This document shows, piece after piece, positions 30,807-40,221 of a stretch of DNA of 64,000 bases (positions are counted from its first letter, which is position 1; each line of letters begins with the position of its first letter). The notes below the pieces were generated by a model. The model ran no database searches and was not told the origin of the DNA. It saw only the letters and a program-made list of their open reading frames with translations. Location of the stretch: the NCBI GenBank assembly GCA_038818725.1, contig JAWAYL010000003.1:1791-65790 (forward strand), written 5' to 3'. Made by a program: the position numbers and the translations under genes. This DNA is from Thermoplasmatota archaeon (lineage in GTDB: Archaea; Thermoplasmatota; E2; UBA202; JdFR-43).

Positions 30807-31576
30807 TCTCTTCCCTCTTTTATTATTTTTTCTGGGGCATTTGCTATTTTTACTAATGCTTTTTCTTCCATAAAATGCAATTTTCCAGGAAAAATTAATG
30901 AATGCGGTAGCTCGCCAAAATCTTCTTTTATTAAATCTCTTATTTTTCCAGCTTTTGCAATTGCATTGCTTGAGGAAACTCTCGCAATAACTACAATTAA
31001 GGAATTTTCATCAACAATCCTTTCTTTCTTTATTTTTTCCATTTCAAGAAGTATTTCCATTGCTTCATTTGCACTCATGCCAATGTCAAGCAGCAATAAT
31101 GAATGCAATCCCGCCTTAAGATTTTCTTTTAGATTTTCATATGGTGATAGAGGAAAATATCCTTCAGAAGGCTTAGCTATGCTTATTACTCGCCCAAACT
31201 TATAAGCTTGCAACCCAACAAAACTTGCAGATGCAGATACAATGCTAACTCCATGAATAATTTTTGTTTCAACTCCTTCTTCCATTGCCCTTATTCTGAG
31301 TTCAACATGCGTTGTTGCCTCCATCGGGTCGCCAGGCACAAGAAGCGCGACTTTATGCTTTTTTGCCTCCTCTATTACAATTTTTCCATCTTCAAGCTCT
31401 TCTCTATTTAAAACACGAATTTTTTTTCCTATAAGCTTTTCTATTTTTTCTGTTTCAACACCCATTTTGCTTGTATAAAATTCTGCAAAAATTTTATCGC
31501 ATTTTCTTGCTTCCTCAAGCCCTTTTAATGTTATGTCTTTTTCATCCCACAAACCCAAGCCAATGAAAGAGAGCAT
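30764..31576 (-). CDS. dph5: Diphthine synthase (Dph5)
   Basis: MLSFIGLGLWDEKDITLKGLE tetrapyrrole-methylase-like N-terminus. About 270 aa from the internal M. Confidence 0.8.
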   Translation of the reverse strand: MLSFIGLGLWDEKDITLKGLEEARKCDKIFAEFYTSKMGVETEKIEKLIGKKIRVLNREELEDGKIVIEEAKKHKVALLVPGDPMEATTHVELRIRAMEEGVETKIIHGVSIVSASASFVGLQAYKFGRVISIAKPSEGYFPLSPYENLKENLKAGLHSLLLLDIGMSANEAMEILLEMEKIKKERIVDENSLIVVIARVSSSNAIAKAGKIRDLIKEDFGELPHSLIFPGKLHFMEEKALVKIANAPEKIIKEGRDYGATGVGSTHSGL

Positions 31577-31603
31577 AAATGTATATATGGGGGATTTATA
31601 TAT

Positions 31604-32587
31604 GTGAAGCATCTCTGCATTGCAACCCCAAAAAATAAAGCGGAAGAAATAAGGAAAAAACTTATTGAAAAAAATTTAATTTCTAAAGAATTAAAGGTTA
31701 TAAGAGATGAAAATTATGTATATTTTCCTTTGGAAAAGAAAATAAACTTTGACGGTTGCTTTATATGTGAAAAAGATTTTGAATATATAAAAAAAGAAAG
31801 CTATAAAGATATTTTGGCATCAAAAGGAATAAAATTGTCTTCTCTTTCAATTGATATAGTTGGAGATATAGCAATTTTAAGAGGAAATGAAGAAAATATA
31901 AAAGAAGTTGCGGATGCCATACTTTCATCTAATAAGCATGTTAAGGCAGTTTTTTATGATAGAGGAGTTTATGATGAATGCAGGCTTAGAGGAGTTGAAT
32001 TTATTGCTGGAGAAAAAAGAACTGAAACAATTCATAATGAATATGGAATAAAAATCAAGCTTGATATTTCAAAAGTTTATTTTTCTCCCCGCCTTGCTAG
32101 CGAGAGAATGAGGATTGCAAAAATGGTTGGCGAAAATGAAATAGTAATTGATATGTTTGCTGGCGTCGCCCCTTTCAGCCTTTTAATAGCAAAATTTTCT
32201 AAAGCAAAAAAAATTTTTGCAGTAGATAAAAATGTGGATGCTGTAAGATATGCAAGGGAAAATATTTTGCTGAATAAAATAAAAAATATTGAAGTAATTG
32301 AAGGAGATGCAAGAGATGTTTTACCCTCTTTACCTTTTGCTCATCATATAATAATGAATTTGCCTCACAGGAGTTTTGAATTTTTGCCATATGCTCTTAG
32401 AAAGGGGAAAATAATTCATTACTATGAAATAATTGAAAGGAAAAAGATTGAAGAGAGGCAGGAAGAAATAAAAGAAAAAATAAGAAAAGAGGGATATGAT
32501 GCTGAAATAAAAAATATTCGTATTTTAGGAAATTATTCTCCTTCAAAATATAAAGTAGGGATGGAGCTATTCATAGAAAAATCTTAA
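31604..32587 (+). CDS. trm5: tRNA (guanine37-N1)-methyltransferase Trm5 / Taw22-like class I MTase
   Basis: SAM-binding VIDMFAGVAPFSL, NLPH motif; 327 aa. Confidence 0.7.
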   Translation: MKHLCIATPKNKAEEIRKKLIEKNLISKELKVIRDENYVYFPLEKKINFDGCFICEKDFEYIKKESYKDILASKGIKLSSLSIDIVGDIAILRGNEENIKEVADAILSSNKHVKAVFYDRGVYDECRLRGVEFIAGEKRTETIHNEYGIKIKLDISKVYFSPRLASERMRIAKMVGENEIVIDMFAGVAPFSLLIAKFSKAKKIFAVDKNVDAVRYARENILLNKIKNIEVIEGDARDVLPSLPFAHHIIMNLPHRSFEFLPYALRKGKIIHYYEIIERKKIEERQEEIKEKIRKEGYDAEIKNIRILGNYSPSKYKVGMELFIEKS

Positions 32588-33604
32588 ATTTTCAACTGCT
32601 TTGGAAACAAGTTTAACACATTCTTCAAAATCGTTTAAACTAATCATCTCTACGCCTGAATGCATATATCTTGTTGGAACACTTATTACTCCACAAGGAA
32701 TTCCCTCTTTTGTTAGATTTATTGCTGTTGCATCTGTTGTTCCGCCTTCGCCTACTTCAAGCTGATATTTTATTCCCTCTTTTTTTGCTGTTTCCTCAAG
32801 CCACCTAAGCACATTCCTATGAACAATCAATCCACGCCCGCCAGCATCTACAACAGTTATAACCGCGCCGCCATCAACTTTTATGCTTTTCTCTTTTTCA
32901 TCTAAGCCAGGATAATCTTTTGCATTTGCTACCTCGCAAACTATTGCAACGCTTGGGGAAATTTTATAAGCGCTTGTTTTAGCTCCTTTTAGCCCCACTT
33001 CTTCCTGAACTGTCCCAACTGCATATATTTTTGAATTGCTTTTTATTCTTTTAATTGCCTCAATCATCATTGCAATTCCTATTCTATCATCAATCGCTTT
33101 TCCAGTTATTCTATTATTTATTAACTCCTTCATTTCGACATCAAGCGTTATAGGGCTTCCAATCTTTATTCCCTCTTTTTCCACCTCTTCTCTGCTTTTT
33201 GCTCCTATATCTATAAACATTTCCTCCGCTAGAATTGGTTTTTTCTTTTCCTCCTCTTTCATTAAATGAGGTGGCTTTGAGCCAATTATTCCATATCTTT
33301 TTCCCTTCTCACCATGAATAATAACTCTCCTATTTATCAAGCTCTGATCAAACCATCCTCCAATCTTTAAAAATTTTATAAAGCCATCTTCACTTATACT
33401 TTTTACCATAAGTCCAATTTCATCCATGTGGGCGGCGAGCATGATGCTTGGCTCTTCTCCGTCTTTAAAAGCAATTATATTTCCTAAATTATCCACTTCT
33501 ATTTTATCAACAAAATTTTCGAGCTCTTCTTTTATAATCTCTCTTATTTCATCTTCATATCCAGAAATGCCATGAGCATTGCATAGTTTTTTTATTAGTT
33601 CCAT
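32567..33604 (-). CDS. M42-family aminopeptidase (TET/FrvX-like)
   Basis: HMDEIGLMV, DDRIG, VQEEVGLKGA metal-binding motifs; 345 aa. Confidence 0.8.
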   Translation of the reverse strand: MELIKKLCNAHGISGYEDEIREIIKEELENFVDKIEVDNLGNIIAFKDGEEPSIMLAAHMDEIGLMVKSISEDGFIKFLKIGGWFDQSLINRRVIIHGEKGKRYGIIGSKPPHLMKEEEKKKPILAEEMFIDIGAKSREEVEKEGIKIGSPITLDVEMKELINNRITGKAIDDRIGIAMMIEAIKRIKSNSKIYAVGTVQEEVGLKGAKTSAYKISPSVAIVCEVANAKDYPGLDEKEKSIKVDGGAVITVVDAGGRGLIVHRNVLRWLEETAKKEGIKYQLEVGEGGTTDATAINLTKEGIPCGVISVPTRYMHSGVEMISLNDFEECVKLVSKAVENLRFFYE

Positions 33605-35001
33605 GAAGCATATTCCTTGAGAATATTTAAAATTTGCATTGATTTAAAAACATAAATTCTTTTTTCATCCGACCAATTGCTTAAAAAGCCATTCTCATCT
33701 TCGGCAATAACTTTTATTTTATAAATTCCCATTTTGTTCCATGAATGCGTTATTTTAATTTTAATTCCTGATTCATAAAATTCAGTCCATTCATCTACTA
33801 TATTATCATTATTCCAGTCCCATCCGTATCTTATTTTATCTCCATCAAAATCACTTGAAAATGTTTCATAAAAATATTTTTTGCCGGTTATTGCAAAAAT
33901 TCTTCCTTCTGGCTTTTGTGGTTTCTCTGGCTTATAATTTATCTTTTTGGCATATTTTAAATCAAGATTACTCCTGTCAACATAGCTTATATGAGGATAA
34001 CCATTTAAATCAATAGCAATTGATGCATATGCTCCAACATCTCCTTCTTCATCTACTTTTTCTATATGCCATATTCCATCAAAATATGCATAATTTAAAT
34101 TCCATCCTTTCCATCCAAAATATGCAATATGAATTCTTCCATAGCTATCGATTGCAATTGATGCACCTTTTGAATTATAAAATCCTATTAAGTCAGGATC
34201 GATAATTTCTATTTTCCATTTTTTCCCGTCAAAATATGCATGTTTTAAAAACCAAGCATCGTCTCTTGAGATATCATAGTAGCATATATGTGGATTTGAA
34301 TTTTTATCTATTGCAATTGAAGTCGATTCCCATATTATACTATTTTTATCAATTTCTTCTACAACCCATTTGTCTTCTTTTAAAAAAGCATAAAATAATT
34401 TGCCTCTTACATTTCCATAGCTTATATGAGGATTTCCATCTAAATCAACAGCAATTGAAGAATAAATTCCACAACCAGCAGATGAATCAACAACTTCTAT
34501 GCTCTTTTCGTTTCCATAAATTCTTGCATATTTTAAATGCCCATTTTTCTCATCGTAATAGCTTATATGCACAGCATCTTTTGATATAGCAATTGAACAA
34601 TATTTGCCAACATTTTCGGAATCAATTATATCAATTTTCCAAGAGCCGTTCTTTTTTGCATATTTAAGATTTTCATTTGTTGCATCATAATAAACTAAAT
34701 GTAAGCATCCATTTGCATCAACTGCAATTGAGGAATATACCCCAACATCAGCAGATGCATCAACAACTTCAATGCCCCATTTTCCATTAACAAAAGATGC
34801 AACCTTTAAAACCTTGCTATCAATATCATAATAAGAAATATAAATTCTATCTTTATAGATACATATGCTTGTATCCATTCCTATATCTCCTTGCATATCA
34901 ATTGTTTCTATCTCCCACCTTCCATCTTCACTAAAACCTAGAGGTGCAAGAATAAGAAAAGTTGTTAAAATTAAAATCGATTTCATGAAAATAAATAACA
35001 A
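33595..35001 (-). CDS. Secreted protein with about 9 tandem ~45-aa beta-propeller-type repeats and a C-terminal PKD-like domain
   Basis: Signal peptide; repeats of form W.IE.VD..G.VG.YSSIA(I/V)D.NG.PHISYYD...LKYA. C-terminal FSSDFDGD...WDWNNDN. Confidence 0.6.
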   Translation of the reverse strand: MLFIFMKSILILTTFLILAPLGFSEDGRWEIETIDMQGDIGMDTSICIYKDRIYISYYDIDSKVLKVASFVNGKWGIEVVDASADVGVYSSIAVDANGCLHLVYYDATNENLKYAKKNGSWKIDIIDSENVGKYCSIAISKDAVHISYYDEKNGHLKYARIYGNEKSIEVVDSSAGCGIYSSIAVDLDGNPHISYGNVRGKLFYAFLKEDKWVVEEIDKNSIIWESTSIAIDKNSNPHICYYDISRDDAWFLKHAYFDGKKWKIEIIDPDLIGFYNSKGASIAIDSYGRIHIAYFGWKGWNLNYAYFDGIWHIEKVDEEGDVGAYASIAIDLNGYPHISYVDRSNLDLKYAKKINYKPEKPQKPEGRIFAITGKKYFYETFSSDFDGDKIRYGWDWNNDNIVDEWTEFYESGIKIKITHSWNKMGIYKIKVIAEDENGFLSNWSDEKRIYVFKSMQILNILKEYASWN

Positions 35002-35056
35002 TGGATAGATAAATTCATCGCAAAAATTTTAAAATATCCTTTTGTTTTTACATACA

Positions 35057-35174
35057 GCGGGCGTGATCTAGCTGGTTAGGATATGAGCCTTCCAAGCTCA
35101 ATGCCCGGGTTCGAACTGCAACTTGTCACAAGTTGCTTATTAAAGCAAGTTGCTTGAAAATCCCGGCGCCCGCA
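35057..35174 (+). tRNA. tRNA-Gly (anticodon TCC) with a 45-nt intron in the T-loop (35116-35160, about position 59/60)
   Basis: Acceptor GCGGGCG/CGCCCGC plus A73. Anticodon arm TGAGC-CTTCCAA-GCTCA. T-stem CCGGG...CCCGG interrupted after TTCGAA by CTGCAACTTGTCACAAGTTGCTTATTAAAGCAAGTTGCTTGAAAA. Confidence 0.75.
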
Positions 35175-35828
35175 TTAATAGCCCTCTGAATAAAGAACAT
35201 CTGGGTAGCTATATTTATTTAGCCATGTATCGCCTGGCAGTATTTTTACTTTCCTTCCTTCCACTATTAGCCTCTTCTTTTCAAATAAATCTATGCTTCT
35301 TGGCAATATTTGATGCTCAACTTTTAAAATTCTCTCTGCAAGAGCGTCGCGAGTGTCATCTTCTCTTACTTTTACTGCTGCCTGCAAAATTATTGGACCA
35401 TGATCTGGCAATTCATCCATAAAATGGGTTGTGCAACCGGCTATTTTAACTCCATAATCTAAAGCCTGCTTTTGGGCATCTATTCCTTTAAAAGAAGGAA
35501 GCAAGGAAGGATGAATATTTATTATCTTATATCTCCATTTATTAATAAACCAAGGTGAAAGTATGCGCATATATCCTGCGCCAACAATAAGTTCAATATT
35601 TTTCTCTTCAAATATTCTATTTATTTCTTCCTCATGCTTTCTTTTATCCTTTGCCTCTACATATATTGCATCTATTCCATTTTTTCTTGCTCTTTCAAGA
35701 GCAAAAGCATTTTCATTATCACTTATCACTACTTCTACTCTTGCATTTATCATTTTTTTGTTACAAGCATCTATTATTGCTTGTAGATTTGTTCCTCTTC
35801 CAGAAGCAAGGACTCCAACAGCGAGCAT
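35175..35828 (-). CDS. purN: Phosphoribosylglycinamide formyltransferase PurN
   Basis: VLASGRGTNLQAIID, IINIHPSLLPSFKG and HFMDELPDHGPIILQ formyltransferase motifs. Confidence 0.8.
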   Translation of the reverse strand: MLAVGVLASGRGTNLQAIIDACNKKMINARVEVVISDNENAFALERARKNGIDAIYVEAKDKRKHEEEINRIFEEKNIELIVGAGYMRILSPWFINKWRYKIINIHPSLLPSFKGIDAQKQALDYGVKIAGCTTHFMDELPDHGPIILQAAVKVREDDTRDALAERILKVEHQILPRSIDLFEKKRLIVEGRKVKILPGDTWLNKYSYPDVLYSEGY

Positions 35829-35858
35829 AAAAATAAACAGAACAAATTTTAAATATCT

Positions 35859-37328
35859 TTGTATTTCATTTCAATGAAATTTGATTTGAAATGCAGCATT
35901 ACTACAAGCAAGGAAATAAAAAAAGAAGAGCTTGCTCATTTTTTCAATAACCTTACAATTGATGCAAAAATGGAATGGGATGCAAAAGAAAATAAAATTT
36001 TTTTAAGAATAATTTCTGAAAAAAGGAGAAGTCATGAGTGGGCTTTAAGAATAGTAAAAAAGCTTGAAGAATTTCTTGGAAAAATGAAAATTGGAATAAG
36101 GGATTTGCATCTTGACAGATATGAAATTGATTTTGAATTAGATAAGGAGCCATTAAAAAGTGTATCAATTCCATTTGCTGAAGTTGAAATAAAAGATAAG
36201 AAAGTAAAATTAATTATTTCTGATAAAGGAGAGGAATTTTTAAGGGAAAACTATGCTGATAGAATAATAAAAAGAATAAAAGAAAAAATAGATGCTCAAT
36301 ATTATGAAGGCAAAAAAGAATACTGGCATTTAGTCTGGCAAAGTGAGGAAAAAAAGGAAGCATGGAATAAAGATCCTTCTGAGGAAATGCTCAATTTGGG
36401 ATGGATAAAGTTGATGGGCAAAGGCAAATGGTTTTATTTCCCGCCAGCCGCAGCCATCATGCGGGCGATGGAAAGAATTGCAATAAATGAAGTAATTGCT
36501 CCCATTGGCTTTTCAGAGATAATTCAGCCAATGCATGTCTCATTTGATACTTGGCTTAAAACCGGGCATCTTGAAGGAATGCCAGGAGAAATTTATTATA
36601 TATGCGAGCCGAAGAGCAGGGAAGCGAGGGAATGGGAAAATTTTGTTGATTTAATTAAAATAAAAAGAGAAGTAAGCGATGAAGAGCTAATTAAAAATTT
36701 AAAGCCGCCAAAAGAAGGAGTTTGCTATGCCCAATGTCCAAATATCTATGCTTCTTTTGCTGGAAAGACAATTGCTGAAGAAAGTTTACCATTGCTTATA
36801 TTTGATCATTCCACTCCTTCAGATAGATATGAAGCAGGGGGCAAGCATGGTATTGAAAGAGTTGATGAATTTCATAGAATAGAAATTGTATATATTGGAA
36901 CAAAAGAACAACTTATAGAAGTAAGAGAAAAACTTATGGAGAGGTATAGATATGTGTTTGACAAAATACTTGATTTGGAATGGAGAATGGCAAAAGTAAC
37001 CCCTTTTTATTTACAGCAGGCTGGCATAACCGCTAGCGAGGAAGATGAAATAAAAGGAACAATAGATTTCGAGGCATATTTGCCTTATAGAGGGGATAGA
37101 AGCAAAGAATGGCTTGAAATACAGAATATTTCAATAGTTGGAGATAAATATGTAAAAGCATTTAATATAAAGGCCCAGAAAAGTGAGTTATGGAGTGGTT
37201 GCTCAGGAATTGGCTTAGAAAGATGGACAGTTGCATTTCTTGCTCAAAAAGGGATAGAGCCAGAAAAATGGCCGCAAGGTTTTAGAAGATATTTGCCAAA
37301 TTTACCAAAAATGCCAAAATTTTTGTAG
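35859..37328 (+). CDS. Class II aminoacyl-tRNA synthetase-like protein, resembling the atypical methanogen-type seryl-tRNA synthetase (or an amino acid:carrier-protein ligase homolog)
   Basis: Motif-3-like SGCSGIGLERWTVAFL near the C-terminus, with Cys adjacent as in the Zn-dependent mSerRS. Motif-2-like EPKSREAREWENF. About 489 aa with a charged N-terminal domain. Confidence 0.5.
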   Translation: MYFISMKFDLKCSITTSKEIKKEELAHFFNNLTIDAKMEWDAKENKIFLRIISEKRRSHEWALRIVKKLEEFLGKMKIGIRDLHLDRYEIDFELDKEPLKSVSIPFAEVEIKDKKVKLIISDKGEEFLRENYADRIIKRIKEKIDAQYYEGKKEYWHLVWQSEEKKEAWNKDPSEEMLNLGWIKLMGKGKWFYFPPAAAIMRAMERIAINEVIAPIGFSEIIQPMHVSFDTWLKTGHLEGMPGEIYYICEPKSREAREWENFVDLIKIKREVSDEELIKNLKPPKEGVCYAQCPNIYASFAGKTIAEESLPLLIFDHSTPSDRYEAGGKHGIERVDEFHRIEIVYIGTKEQLIEVREKLMERYRYVFDKILDLEWRMAKVTPFYLQQAGITASEEDEIKGTIDFEAYLPYRGDRSKEWLEIQNISIVGDKYVKAFNIKAQKSELWSGCSGIGLERWTVAFLAQKGIEPEKWPQGFRRYLPNLPKMPKFL

Positions 37329-37396
37329 TTTAATTAAAATTTAATTCAATTAAATTTTTATTTAAAAAATTATTTTATTTTTTAAATCTTATATTT

Positions 37397-38767
37397 TTGA
37401 TGCTTGAAATTGAAAAAGATTTAAAAAGTAAAATTGATAGAATACTAAAAAATTATTTACCAGATAAAATATCAAATCCTTCAGAAAAAGCAATTTATGA
37501 ACCATCAAGCATGTATAACATGCCAAAAGAAAAGGCAGATGAATACAGATTTAATGCGATAAAATATGTTTTTAAACATCATTACGAAAATAATAAGTTT
37601 TATCGAAGCTTATGCAAGGAAAAAAATGTTAAGCCAGATGATATAAAAAGTATTGAAGATTTTAATAAGATACCTTTAATAACCCATAAATTCTTTAAAG
37701 ATTATCCTAATGGAAAAGATTTTGCAATATGGCTTGCAAATTTAATGTCTGTAGAAATTCCAAAAGTAGTTATAAAGGGTAAAAATCCATCATATGATGA
37801 TGTTATTGAAGCATTTCAGCAAGCTGGCATAACAGTTTGCTATAGCAGTGGAACAACTGGAAAATTCACATTTATTCCAAGAGATGAAAAAACTTATAGG
37901 ATGGGACAATATGCAATTGCAAGATGCGCAATAGAGATGCTCAGCAGCTGGTATGATTATGATGCAAGCGCCTATTTACTATTTCCTAACCCAAAGAAAA
38001 CAAACATTTATGTAGGAAAGGTAACAAATGTTTTATTTGATTTAATTAAAGATGTAAAAGTGGCAATAGACAGAAAAATAACAACCCAATTGCTTCGTAT
38101 TTCAATGGGTGTAGCATTTACTTTCAAAGAAAAAATGATGAGCAAGATGGCAAGGCATGCAACCAAAAAAATGAACGAAGAAATGGTAGAAAATATAATT
38201 TCTTGGGCAGAAGAAAAAAATGAAAAGAAGGAAAGATGCGGACTTGTTGGCGCCCCATTTATTTTGCATATGGTAATGGAAAAGATGATTGAAGAAGGAA
38301 AAAGATTCGATTTTGGAGAAAATGGGGCGGTGCTTACTGGTGGGGGATGGAAAATATATGAAGGCAAAAGATTGCCAGTTAAGGAATTTAGAGAAAAAGT
38401 TGAGCATCTTTTTGGCATACCCAAAGAAAATTGCCTTGATTTATATGGAATGGTTGAAGCAAATGGTTTTATGATTCATTGTCCAGAAGGGCACTATTTG
38501 CATATCCCTAATACTTATCTTCATCCAATAGTTTTAGATGAAAATGGTGAAGAAGTAGCTTATGGAGAGGAAGGAAGATTTGCCTTTCTTGATGCCATTG
38601 CTTTAAGTTATCCTGGTTTCATAGTAACTGGTGATAAAGTTAGGATACACGAAACATGTCCAGCATGCAACAGGACAACACCTGTGCTTGAGCCAGAGAT
38701 AGAGAGAATAAGGGGAGAAGAAATTAGAGGGTGTGCTGAAGAAATGAGGAAGTTAATGCTTGAGTAA
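37397..38767 (+). CDS. Adenylate-forming enzyme of the LuxE / PaaK (coenzyme F390 synthetase-like) family with C-terminal zinc ribbon
   Basis: AMP-binding motif YSSGTTGKFTFIP. LuxE/PaaK-like size (456 aa). CPACNRT...GCAEE C-terminus. Confidence 0.55.
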   Translation: MMLEIEKDLKSKIDRILKNYLPDKISNPSEKAIYEPSSMYNMPKEKADEYRFNAIKYVFKHHYENNKFYRSLCKEKNVKPDDIKSIEDFNKIPLITHKFFKDYPNGKDFAIWLANLMSVEIPKVVIKGKNPSYDDVIEAFQQAGITVCYSSGTTGKFTFIPRDEKTYRMGQYAIARCAIEMLSSWYDYDASAYLLFPNPKKTNIYVGKVTNVLFDLIKDVKVAIDRKITTQLLRISMGVAFTFKEKMMSKMARHATKKMNEEMVENIISWAEEKNEKKERCGLVGAPFILHMVMEKMIEEGKRFDFGENGAVLTGGGWKIYEGKRLPVKEFREKVEHLFGIPKENCLDLYGMVEANGFMIHCPEGHYLHIPNTYLHPIVLDENGEEVAYGEEGRFAFLDAIALSYPGFIVTGDKVRIHETCPACNRTTPVLEPEIERIRGEEIRGCAEEMRKLMLE

Positions 38768-39728
38768 TATGATATCCTGGATAGAAAAAGGATATATAAT
38801 GCCGTGGAGAATGTTTAAAAATGTAATAAGAACTATGCCAGCTCTTGCCATAACGATGGCAAAGCATCCTCGCCTTGTGATTCAGCAGCATAGAGGGGAA
38901 AAAGTAAAATGGTTTAAAAGCAAGCCAAGTTATGAAATACCAGAATATAAGGAAGGAATGAAGTTCTGCAAATCAAATGAAAGATATCTTCGCCCAACCC
39001 ATCTCTGCAATAGCCATGCAAAAGAGATAATTGCAATGGCAAATGAGCTTGGAGCTTTTAAAAAAGATGATTGGGAATATGCGGAAAGTGTTTTTAATTT
39101 TGTAAAGAGGAATATAAAGCTCGCATTTGTCCCAATGACGGGCGTTGTCGAAACACTTAAAAACGGTTGCGGGACATGTGTTCATCAACTTTCTCTTTTT
39201 GCTGCCCTCTGCAGGGCGGGCGGGCTGAAGGCGAGATATCATTTATATACGCTTGCCCTTATAGAGCCAATGTATAAGGCAATGGTTGAAGTTTCTCCAA
39301 TTGTTAAAGGATGGTATGATGCTTTTGGAACTTTTATGCTCCATGGAACAGCACAAGTAATGATAGATGGTAAATGGGTAGTTGCTGACCCAACATTTAC
39401 TCCAGCAGATGAGGCTGCTATGGGCATCCCTATTGCAAAACTTGGAGATGAGCCAACTGGAATATGGAATTATCCAGTTAAAGATACAGAAGTCTTTCTT
39501 GAAGGTCTTCCATATGGTGTAGGCATAGGATGGGATTTCTTTGTAAAAATTCTTGGTCCAAAGGAAGCGCAGAAAGTAAATGAAAGCTTGGAAAGAGAAA
39601 GGAAAAAAGGAGAAAAAATATTGCAGGAGATGGGAGAAGAAAATTATGATAGAATGGTAAGGGAAAAATACAAGGCAAAAATACCAAAAATAACTCTCGA
39701 AAAGTGCCCTAATATAGTGTTTAAATGA
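38760..39728 (+). CDS. Transglutaminase-like superfamily protein (Cys-His-Asp core)
   Basis: GCGTCVHQLSLFAALCRAGGLKARY (catalytic Cys in the TGase-like core). HGTAQVMIDGKWVVADPT supplies the His/Asp. 8-nt overlap with the upstream gene. Confidence 0.65.
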   Translation: MSNMISWIEKGYIMPWRMFKNVIRTMPALAITMAKHPRLVIQQHRGEKVKWFKSKPSYEIPEYKEGMKFCKSNERYLRPTHLCNSHAKEIIAMANELGAFKKDDWEYAESVFNFVKRNIKLAFVPMTGVVETLKNGCGTCVHQLSLFAALCRAGGLKARYHLYTLALIEPMYKAMVEVSPIVKGWYDAFGTFMLHGTAQVMIDGKWVVADPTFTPADEAAMGIPIAKLGDEPTGIWNYPVKDTEVFLEGLPYGVGIGWDFFVKILGPKEAQKVNESLERERKKGEKILQEMGEENYDRMVREKYKAKIPKITLEKCPNIVFK

Positions 39729-40189
39729 AATTTTTATGTGATGAAATGCTTGGCAGGCTTGCAAAATGGCTTCGTATTATGGGTTATGATGTTTTATATT
39801 TAAAAAATATGGAAGATGAAAAAATAGTTGAAAAAGCAATAAAGGAGGATAGAATTTTGATTACAAGAGATAAAAAACTTGCCAAAAAATTCAAAAATTC
39901 TCTTTATATTGAAGAAAAAGATATAAATGAGCAGATAAAAAAAGTGGTTGAAAAACTTAAAATAAGAATTGATGAAGAAAATTTTCTTTCAAGATGCACT
40001 ATTTGCAATATTGAAATAGAAAAAATAGAAAAAGAAAAAGTTAAAGGAAAAGTTCCAGATAATGTTTTTGAAAATATGAGTGAATTTTGGATATGCAAAA
40101 AGTGCGGGCGCATCTACTGGGCTGGCACCCACTGGAAAAACATGAAGGAGAAAATAGAAGAAATAGGAAAAATAGAGTCAGCAATTTGA
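39725..40189 (+). CDS. Mut7-C (DUF82) PIN-like RNase domain protein with C-terminal zinc ribbon
   Basis: MKFLCDEMLGRLAKWLRIMGYDV is the canonical Mut7-C N-terminus. CTICN...CKKCG ribbon. Confidence 0.7.
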   Translation: MKFLCDEMLGRLAKWLRIMGYDVLYLKNMEDEKIVEKAIKEDRILITRDKKLAKKFKNSLYIEEKDINEQIKKVVEKLKIRIDEENFLSRCTICNIEIEKIEKEKVKGKVPDNVFENMSEFWICKKCGRIYWAGTHWKNMKEKIEEIGKIESAI

Positions 40190-40221
40190 AAAACTTAAAT
40201 TATTTTTTTGATTTTTCTATC

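Noticed and set aside
35116-35160. Interpretation of the T-loop inserts as MITE-like repeats rather than introns
   Set aside because: All three copies lie at exactly the same tRNA nucleotide position, restore a perfect T-stem when removed, and were not seen elsewhere in the window. Intron is the more economical reading, but a genome-wide search is needed.
40087-40221. 45-codon N-terminal extension of the ZIP transporter ORF
   Set aside because: It overlaps the Mut7-C gene and is not part of ZIP homologs. The internal ATG at 40222 gives a standard ZupT N-terminus.
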